A stretch of 64,000 bases of DNA from Lama guanicoe. Its lineage: Eukaryota. The stretch is taken from contig MU053472.1 of the NCBI GenBank assembly GCA_013239625.1, forward strand, positions 3,767,410-3,831,409. Direction: 5' to 3'. Positions within the stretch are counted from its first letter, which is position 1, and each line of letters begins with the position of its first letter. Positions 1-9,358 of the stretch are shown here, piece after piece. The notes under the pieces are model-generated. The model ran no database searches and was not told the DNA's origin. It saw only the letters and a list, made by a program, of their open reading frames with translations. The position numbers were made by a program, and so were the translations under genes.

Positions 1-440
1 ATACAGAGGGCCTGGTTTCCCCAGGAGTCTTTTGTAAAACAGTAGTATAATAACACAACCAGGATATTGATGACATTGATACGCTCCACCTGTCTTATTC
101 AGATTTCCCCTGTTTTATTTGCACTCATTTGTGTGTGTGTTTGTAGGTTTGTGTAATTTATCATTACAGTCAAGATACTGAGCAACTCCAACATCATAAC
201 AATATCTCCTGTTTCCTTTTAAAAACTCCCCCTCTACTGTGCCTTAACAATTTTCCTAACCCCCAGCAATCATTAATCTGTTCTCTATTTCTAAAATTTG
301 TCTTTTCAAAACGTTATATAAATAGAATCATACAGTATGTAACTTTTTGGGATTGGCTTTTTTCACTCAGCATAATTCCCTGTAGATTCATCCAAGTTGT
401 TTTGTGTAGTGACAGTTTGTTCCTTTCTATTGGATTGTTT
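1..440 (-). mobile_element. Old L1 (L1M-type) 3' region fragment
   Basis: Antisense L1 3'-UTR motifs (..aatctgttctctatttct.., ..aatagaatcatacagtatgtaac..ttggcttttttcactcagcataatt..catccaagttg). Boundaries approximate. Confidence 0.7.
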
Positions 441-462
441 TAAAGATCCCCAGGTGATTTCT

Positions 463-731
463 TAGACTCATAGACATAGAATACAAACTTGTGGTTGCCA
501 AGGGGGCGGATGGTGGGAAGGGATAGACGGGATTTCAAAATTGTAGAATAGATAAACAAGATTATACTGTATAGCACAGGGAAATATGCACAAGATCTTA
601 TGGTAGCTCACAGAGAAAAAAATGTGACAATGAATATATATATGTTCATGTATGACTGAAAAATTGTGCTCTACACTGGAATTTGACACAACATTGTAAA
701 ATGATAATAAATCAATAAAAAATTTAAAAAA
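463..731 (+). mobile_element. Young 5'-truncated L1 3' end with poly-A and perfect 21-bp TSD, inserted into a MER5-like remnant
   Basis: L1 3' end motifs (agactcatagacatagaatacaaacttgtggttgccaagggg...ctgtatagcacaggga...acaacattgtaaa...aataaa) and an A-tail. AAAGATCCCCAGGTGATTTCT occurs at 442-462 and 732-752. The flank ccccaggtgattt..atgtgcagc..ggtttagaaaccactg is a MER5-type end. Confidence 0.9.
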
Positions 732-954
732 AAAGATCCCCAGGTGATTTCTATGTGCAGCAAGGTTTAGAAACCACTGGCTTCATTTATTAGCCATATA
801 GTTTAGAGATTCTTCCAGTCATCTGTTTACTTCTCAGGATTAATTAGATGACCTTCTAGTAATTCATTTTAGTTAGTTGAAAAAAAGATACTATATACAT
901 ATAAGATATGACTGTAATCATTATTATTACTGTCATTTAGATTGTAAGGAAGCC

Positions 955-1430
955 ATTTTTAAAGTAAAATATACCTAACATAAAATTTACCTTTTTAACC
1001 ATTTTAAGTGTGCAGTTCAGTGACATTAAGTACATTCACATTGATACACTACCATCACCACCATCCATCTCCAGAACTTTTTTCATCTTCCCAAACTGAA
1101 ATTCCATATTCATTGCATCCTTCCCTGCAGCCCCTGGCAACTACCATTCTTCTTTCTGTCTCTATGAATTTGACTACTCTAGGTACGTTATATAAGTGGA
1201 ATCACACAGTATTTGTCCTTTTCTGAGTGACTTATTTCAATTAGCATGATGTCTTGAAAGCTCATTCATGTTGGAGCATGTGTCAGAATTTCCTTCCTTC
1301 TTATGGTTGAATAATATTCTATTGTATGTATCTACTACATTTCATTTATCCATTCAACCATCAATGGACACTTGGATTGCTTTCAGCTTTTGGCTATTGT
1401 GAATAATGCTGCCATGATCGTGGTTATACA
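955..1430 (-). mobile_element. L1 (L1MA/MB-type) 3' end fragment
   Basis: ttaaccattttaagtgtgcagttcagtgacattaagtacattcaca...cccctggcaactaccattct...tgactactctaggtac...tttggctattgtgaataatgctgc. Confidence 0.85.
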
Positions 1431-2595
1431 AGGAGCCAGTTTTAAGTGATGAGCTGATGGTCTGTTCTCCCTCTGTAAGATGCTTATGTGGATAAATTGC
1501 TTGGTCTTTATGGATAGGTTTTAGTGTATCTCCCCAGATGAGCCAGTACCTTTCTTTAGTGATTGATCTTCCTTTTACAAAATATGGCAAAAAAAATTAG
1601 GTACTGTTCCAGTTGCTCTCTTGATTTTCTCAAAGGTGGTGGTAGAATTATTTTACTGTATCAGTTCTCTTGCCCAGGCTGTTGATCAATCCCTCAGAGG
1701 CTGTGTTCTACAAATATAGTAACAAAAGTCTCTGTATATCTAGCAGGGAATAAAGGACTCATTAGTTTAGTTTAGTTTAACTCCAAAATACTACTAGGAC
1801 AAAACTGTAAGCTTAAAAACCAACCTGAAAAAGGCTCTCTGTTCATATTATTTTACAAGTTGTAAAGTAATGAGATTGAATATAGAAGACGCATTAGGAT
1901 CCTTTGAGTTCTGCCTGTGTTACTCAGATAGGCCATTTAACTCTATTTCTATGCATGGTCTTAGTTTTTTGTATTACAGGACCTAGTACCTGAGCTGAGA
2001 GCTCCCCTCTTGACTTTCCATTCTTAATGAACCACTTTGTCTTTTGACCTCCTTGAAGAGTATACTTTCTTACAGGCAATTCAGACAGATGTTTTTACAA
2101 GAGAATCAGCTGTGTTAGTAAGTGGACATTTTTCGGAGGCAATCAACTTTGGAAAGGTAGTGATTACTTATTTTAACATTGTATTTCTGACTGCGTAATA
2201 TTACCCTAACCCTAACCCTATCTATTTTTATGGCATCGGATAAATGAATTTTCATATATGTGTCTATTTCACTTTGATCTTTTTGACACTTTTCCTTAGT
2301 TTTTCACATACAATAAAAGTCAGTTGAAATGAAAAGAGGCTTAGCCACATCACTAAAAAGGAGAGAAACTTTAAACTTTATTGGTTTCTTTGGGTTTCAA
2401 CAACTGGGCTGCATCCGTGTGTGTTGGAAGTACAGGAATGCCCTAAAAATGGAGAATCTAATGAGATAATATAATTTTAGAGCCAAATCTACAGGTGAAG
2501 CATAAGCAACTTGTTCTTCTCATCTAGAGACTTGTCCATCGCACTTAGCAGTTTGAGAGGCTGAGAGTAAGTCCACAAATCTTTTTTCTTTCTAG

Positions 2596-2666
2596 ATCTT
2601 CATCTGCTGGTGGATGTGGCCTGCAAGCAGGAGCACTTTCCGAAGGAGGAAGAATTAAAAGAGTGA
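2596..2666 (+). CDS. HSF5: HSF5 (heat shock transcription factor 5) last coding exon, C-terminal 23 aa
   Basis: Acceptor cttttttctttctag| at 2595, then (D)LHLLVDVACKQEHFPKEEELKE* with TGA at 2664-2666. This matches the HSF5 C-terminus as I recall it, and HSF5 is the known same-strand upstream neighbour of RNF43. Confidence 0.85.
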
Positions 2667-4810
2667 GGAATGGATGACAAATGTGACATTGTGCACTGGC
2701 TGTAGCTGGAGGCAGACTAGCCTTGCACGTGACACACTGTTGGGATTTTTTTAGTTCTGTTAAGGAAAAAAAAAGTATTTTTGTTTTGTTAATTGAGAAT
2801 TCTGTTGATTGAGAATTGGGAATTTGGTATTTACCACAGCTGTTCAGTTCAGATTATTTACCTTGACAAACTATTAAACATCTAGCAGCCTTTTTTTGTT
2901 TTTTTTGTTTTTGCTGCCCAGATCCCTTTCAAATGAAAAGTCCTGGCCTTCTGTTACAGTCGAGAAGCATCTAAAAACAGCTGCATCTATGGTACCAGAG
3001 AATAATGTGTGTGAGTGTGCTGTCGCCTTGCCACTCTCAAACTGTAGTCAGCACGACTCTAGTGGGGAGTTGAGTCTGTTTCAAGTCTCTGTGTGATCCT
3101 TTTAGAGGAGATTATGTGAGAAACGAAGGCATGTGAGGTCACCAAGATCACAGGTCTAAATGGTCAGGAATTCCAGGGAAGAAACTCTGGGAAAGAGCTA
3201 ATTTTCTAAGTGATTAACCAGGAAATGCTCTTACTTCCTAACACAGCATTCTGTTTCAAGAGCAGGGCATCTGGACTTGGACCATCCATCACACTTAACA
3301 GCCCCTGATTATTTCTTATTGATGGGAGCATTCTTCTATTTTCATATCTTTCTTTTATGTTCATGATACATTATCGTAAATGGTAAGAAGATTTTGTTAA
3401 TATATCACTTATTTAATATATCTCCTAAAGAAAAGTATTTTTAACTTGTTTAATATAATTGTATTTATAACTGCTGCTAGATTTAAAAGTTTTAAAGCTT
3501 TCTATTTTTATTAATATTGCAGGATAGAAGGATAAAGGATGCACGTGTAATATTTTTATTTTGAAGGGGAAATGTACAATGTGTGAACAAAAACATTAAG
3601 AGGTTTAACACAGTGTTTTCTTATTTTAGATTTTTACATTCAGTAAGTATAAATTTTCATCTAAAAAAGATGCTGTGTGCAAATTTTGGGAGAAACTGTT
3701 TGGTAGTCATCTAATAGAGGCTATACCTCTGATATTTTTAGTAGTTTATGTACGGCTTAAGCTTCTAAGAGAATTTTGGGTAGTGCGATAGACTGTAACA
3801 TTCTAATCTTGGTTGTTAGGAGAGGTATCTTGGACATCCAGTTTCTGTGGTTGATCCCTCACTTGCTCATCCGATGACAGCAAGAATCTGATTTAAAGTT
3901 TTTTAAATTGGCTAGACTCTCTTATTGGATGCTGCTTCAGTTTCCCTAATATGCTCTGCAGAAGCAAAAGGAAAGCCTAGGAATATGAAACTTGTTAAAA
4001 AGGCACTTAGGGATATAAGTACTCTTCCAGTCATTGTGTGTGTGAGAGTTCATTTCTCAAATTGCGTTGTGCCTTCCCAATGATGTCAAACTCTGGAAAT
4101 GTTACAGAGATAGTCGTTTTTTTTTTTTGTAAGAGGATGAGCTCTGTATTGGTCTGCAGTGACTCAGCTTAGATATGAAAGTAGATTCTGAAAAGTGACC
4201 TGTTTGGTCTGTCTGATTAGCCTAGTTGATGTCCATGTGATGGGCATTTATTCGTCTTTATGAGCAAGGTTGGAAAGATGAATAGATTATCAAGACTCTT
4301 ACATCTTTTGGCCAGACTGTGTATTTTGGCAGAGTATGTGAAGAGGAGACCCAATTTCTAAATGAAGGAACTTTGCCTTTTCTCTGTACTGTTGAAAAGC
4401 TGACATACTGTGTAGGTGATATTCCTTCCCTGAAATATACCTTTCTTGGCTTTGTATATGTTGGAAGAGAATTATCTTTTGAGGAACATGTATCAAGCAG
4501 GAACCTTGGCATGGATTTGGTGTCAGTTGTTTTAAGGCTCAATTAATGAAATGCCTTTATCAGCTTTCCAGACTTTTTTTATGTATGAATGCAGCAGACC
4601 AAGGAGCTGGATCTCCTGCTACCTGTCAACTAAAGCTGTCATTACTGACTCGGGCAAAGTGGTAAAAGATAAAATAAAATCTCTGCGTGAATTAGCCAGT
4701 AGGTTCTGACACATGCTATAACAAGGTTCCTGACTAGCACTTCAGTATTTCAGCACCTTAAGCACAATAAATTTCAATCAGTCAACAATAAAGTGAGTAT
4801 TTCAACTAGA
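2667..4810 (+). other. HSF5: HSF5 3'UTR (end approximate)
   Basis: AT-rich, repeat-poor sequence after the stop, ending in clustered polyA signals followed by a GU-rich tract. Confidence 0.6.
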
Positions 4811-4846
4811 CTTGTTGTCTTGCCTGCTTTCACTGTTTGGTTGGTG
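4673..4846 (+). terminator. Polyadenylation signal cluster for HSF5
   Basis: AATAAA at 4673-4678, 4766-4771 and 4787-4792, followed by GU/U-rich cttgttgtcttg..tgtttggttggtg. Confidence 0.55.
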
Positions 4847-6689
4847 ATCGACAGAAACCTCAGTCATCGTGACTACTAATCGTCACAGTAAACTTCAAAA
4901 GAGAATCTGTTTTTCAAAGAATCTGACTTTAAAAAAATGTCCTGAGTTTTTTTCATTTACACTTGAATAGAGAGTGAATCTTTAAAATGCCATTAAGCAT
5001 AAGGACAATTCTTGGACATGTTTATATAAGCCTAGTTTTTTGGAAGAGGATCAAGGTCTTCAGTAACTTTAGTGAAGGTAGATCCTGAAGGGTGATCTGT
5101 CTCACGTGTACGATTAGGTAGTCGATGTCAGTGAGAGGGGCTTTTCATTACCATGGTGATGGCATGTTTATGACATCTCTGTAGAAGCTGTGGTCTATCA
5201 ACCCCTGATGGTTAACTCCAAAACTCTGAAGCCAGAGAATAATTTCTCTTGCTTATCAATTCTGGTGACTTTGCTTGTCAACACTGTGTAAATAAATACA
5301 ATGTATCAGTGAACTAAACTATATAGAGTTATTTGGTTTGATCCTGAGTAGCTCAGAGTTCCCACGCTCATGATACATATTATCATCATTCTCAGATCTT
5401 AGAGTTTCCTCAAGAGAGGGCACCCACACCTATGTTTTCTCTCTTTCAACTAAGTTTCCGTATTAACTCTTAGGTTTGGGTGTCTTAATTCCTTTGCAAG
5501 TTTCAAGCAGGAGTAAGGGAGGCAAAGTTAACTAGTAGGTTATTTTTTGTTTAGTTTAACTTTAAAGATATTTTTACATATATCAGATATATGGTAATAT
5601 ATATTTTGCATTATTTATGCTGTACTGTTACATGGCGTACATAAAATAAAAATATAAAACCATGGGCAGACTTTAAAAAATTCTCTCCTGGAGAATTAGA
5701 TCTACTCGTTCTTTAGGAAGGGAGCTATAAAAGGGCTAAACTTGCATTATGTTTTTAAGGTCCAACCAGTAAAGAAAAAGTGCTAAGTTAAGAATTTTAG
5801 AATTTATCTCTCTGTCCTAGATGTTATTAGGTCTGAAATAACCAAAACTATCCCCATAAACCCTCTTCAGGGTTTAGAAAAAATTCTCCAGGTGAATAGG
5901 TCACTCGTACGTTTTGCTTTCAGAGCGATTATGTCATTTAGTCTTTGCAAGAAACCTATAATGCAATTAGTATTCTCCACATTTTACAGGTGATCAATTT
6001 GTACAATTCTTTTGCACAAATTAAAAATTGTTTTAAATGTTATATTATGTGCTTTTTACCACAATAAGGACGTAAGTCTTAACCATTTTTAAGTGTAGTG
6101 TTAACCATATTCACATTGTTGTTCATTTGTACAATTTGGAAAGATTATTGGCAGCAGGTCAAAAATAAAATGTTTGACCACAGTCAACTATAATCTGGTA
6201 AATTTGAAAATTCAAATTTTACGAACATACATTAGAAACTTTTATTTCTAACGACAAGTTTACTAGAAGGGTTGTAGTTCATGAATGTGGTAATTAGCCA
6301 AAAATCAGTTTTCTTTTTGCCTACATTCTTCTTATTAAGCATATATATTTTACCCTTTTGTTTGCATTTATGAAATAGACTTACTTGCAGCCTTACATTG
6401 AAAGCCCAGGTCCGATCCATAGTATTATTTCACCTCCCAAGGATGTGAGAAGAAAATAACAGATTCCAAACCTCTGACATCACCTAGTCTAAAAGCTTCA
6501 TACAGGCACAGTTTAGAAGAGAGCTACTAAATTTAAATTTGTAAAGACTGAAGAAAAACTGTGCGTAAAATGGACAGGAGTTCTTGCCAGAGTGGCAGAC
6601 ATAAAACAGCAATAAATCAGTAAGAACTACAGCACAGGATCCCTTTATTCTGGCTTTGTGCCTTTCACAGACACTAAAACCCGGAAAGA

Positions 6690-7100
6690 GCAGAAATCCC
6701 TTTGAACTTATATTTGCAAAGCCTCGGGGCCATTTTTTTTAATCTTCTGGGTTTCCTTTATTGTTCTCTCTTGATTTCCTCATACCACCATCTATGTCTC
6801 TTGAGTGCAGAATCTGCTTAGACGTCTGTCTGAGTGGCCTCGATTTGCATGTGGAAGCTTGCTTACCAAGGAAAGGTATTGAGGATTGCATTGGCTGCAG
6901 TTTGCTTGTAGCTCAATAGAGGGAGTAGAGGAGCTGAGACAAGAGAGCCCAGGGACGAGTCTGGTGGAGTTAAGTGTGCGCGCACCGTTCCCTAGCCAGC
7001 CGGGAGGAGGAGGGGCGGGGTGGGGGTGGCTGCCTCCAGCTGCTCCACCCTCACTTTGTGTCAGCAGGTAGAGAGCGTGATTGCAGTCCCAGGGGAGGGA
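6690..7100 (+). promoter_or_regulatory. RNF43: RNF43 proximal promoter
   Basis: Local GC/CpG rise (gtgcgcgcac), SP/KLF GC box GGGGCGGGG at 7012-7020 and TCF/LEF motif CCTTTGAAC at 6699-6707, directly upstream of the presumed exon 1. Confidence 0.65.
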
Positions 7101-7666
7101 GTCAGAGCTAGAACACCAATTACAAACCACAGGCTTCCTCCTCTAGGGAGCTGATCCAGAATTGTCTTTCTGGAAGGGAAGCACTCGAATCCTTCCGAAC
7201 TTTCCAAGTCTATCCATGATTCAGAGATATTGCCTTCTCCCTCTGGGATTTTCTCTGTTCCTGGTAGTGAACTGTTTGCTGATGTATTTGCTACTTTGCG
7301 TCTTTTCTCTTTCAGGATTTGATCATTTTTATACGCTGTTCGGGGAGAAAAAGGACTTTTGTTAGAAAGGAGATTTCAGAAATGGTTTTGGATTCTCTAG
7401 AAGTGTTTTTAGAGTTCTTGGGGACAGTAGCTCTAACCTTGGAGTAAGTTTCTGCCTTTGACCTGCATGGATTATTTTTTCAGGCTGCGGAATTTCTCGG
7501 CACCTACCTGCAGTGTGGGGCACTTGGTTTGGTTGCAGAGTAAGAAGGTGGAAGAATGAGCTGTACTTGGTTAAGCAGTTGAAACCTTTTTTTGAGCAGG
7601 ATCTATAAAAGCATAATTGAATGTGTTTCACCCCCGTGGATTCCAGTGGGCCCGACAGCGCAACAG
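7100..7666 (+). other. RNF43: RNF43 exon 1 (non-coding 5'UTR; start approximate)
   Basis: Resembles the human RNF43 mRNA 5' leader as recalled (gagctagaacaccaattacaaaccacagg...gggcccgacagcgcaacag). Donor CAG|GTTTGC at 7666/7667. Confidence 0.7.
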
Positions 7667-8721
7667 GTTTGCAGATTTCTTTTGAAATTCTTTTTTTTTC
7701 TCCCTCTGCCTCAGCAAAAGAAAAGAATCTATATAACAGGTTCATGTTCAGTTGCTTGGCTTTTCAGCACTTATTCTGAAGACTTAATAAGATTTTTTAA
7801 CTTGACCTCTGAACACAGTGGGCTTTGTGGTTGAAGTGCATTTATATTTACTGAAGGGTGCACATTTTGAAATCTTAGAATAAGAGTTTGTTTGTACAAA
7901 GACCCAAATTCTCAAGTGTGCCTAGAAATAGCACAGATCTCCTCTACTCAGGTTTATTTTTCCTTTTTCAGGGCGTTCTCGGTAGAGCCTTTAGACTAAT
8001 CACCTCCCCACTCCCTCTGTCTTTTATTCCCCACCTCCTCAAGGAATTTGAAAACTTGTTAGGAATAGCCCTTTGTTTTACTTATAAACCTAGAAAATTA
8101 CAGATTATAAAATCTGGATAATAAAGTAGTTTCCAAAAGCATCTCATGGGAAATCAAAGTGCTTGGCATTCTCAAGCAAGAGAATAAAAGCTGGAATTCC
8201 TAAGAGAAAAGGAAAATAAAGGCAGAAATATGAATTTCAACTGGGAAAAATAATTGGAAAGTGAACCTTTTCTAAATATTATTCTAATTATGAAAATTGG
8301 AAAAGGTTGTAATGCTCAGGTTTATCCTGGGAATACATGAAGACATAAATTAGCACCTAATATAGGCAAATTTAGATAAAACATTAAAAAGTCATAGTAT
8401 ATTTACGTTCATGAAAAGTGTTAAAAGTTCAGTGGGCCTAGAACTCTGGCTACTCTGAAATACAGTTTAATGTTGAAACTTTTATGAATGCATGTTGTAG
8501 CATCTCTGGGACATCTCTCAAGGTGTGGCCTGAAACAGTGTTCCCCTCTCCTTCCCCATTAAAAAAAAAATTCTGTGATTTTTAGTCTTTTACCATTGAC
8601 AAATTTTGAGGCGTAAAAGGACCATCTCTTCATTTTCTGAGCTGGAGTTTTTCACTCTCACCTTTGATGCATGGCCTTAGTCATTTACTTTGCCTTGTTT
8701 TGTTCATTAACATTGGGTTAG

Positions 8722-9106
8722 GGGCTCGAGAACTTGATGCATATGGAAGACCAGCACCAAGTGATCTGACATAATAAAAATTCAGGATGTGACATTCAAC
8801 CTCAAGCAAAGTTGGAAATTCCAAAGCGAAGTGGCGATAACTTTACTAATCATAGTGAAGATGGGAGAAAATGACATACCTGAAACAGAAGTAGGCTGAG
8901 AACGCCTCCTTCCCTGCCAGATCAGGAATGCCACCTGTTCTTGGGAATATACTTTAGAGAAAGGAAGGGCCAAAACTACGACTCGGCTTTCTGAAACTGA
9001 AGCATAAATTTCTTTTCCTCCGTTTGTCTGGATCTGGGAACCTGCGTTCGGTATTAGCTAGTGGAAGCAGTATGTCTGGCCAAAGTGCGTTGCTGCAGCT
9101 GGTAGC
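8722..9106 (+). other. RNF43: RNF43 exon 2, 5'UTR part
   Basis: Acceptor after a T-rich tract (..ttgttttgttcattaacattgggttag|) 385 nt before the ATG. Sequence resembles the recalled human 5'UTR. Confidence 0.65.
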
Positions 9107-9358
9107 ATGAGTGGTGGCCACCAGCTACAGCTGGCTGCCCTCTGGCCCTGGCTGCTGATGGCTACCCTGCAGGCAGGCTTTGGACGCACAGGACTGGTAC
9201 TGGCAGCAGCGGTGGAGTCTGAAAGATCAGCCGAGCAGAAAGCTATTATCAGAGTGATCCCCTTGAAAATGGACCCCACAGGAAAACTGAATCTCACTTT
9301 GGAAGGTGTGTTTGCTGGTGTTGCTGAAATAACTCCAGCAGAAGGAAAACTAATGCAG
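9107..9358 (+). CDS. RNF43: RNF43 coding exon (exon 2), aa 1-84: signal peptide and start of PA domain
   Basis: [29 protein letters not shown]...EGKLMQ, 252 nt, donor CAG|GTAAGG. Confidence 0.98.

Noticed and set aside
4258..4546. Overlapping short ORFs in the HSF5 3'UTR region
   Set aside because: No homology recognised, no splice context, and lengths expected by chance.
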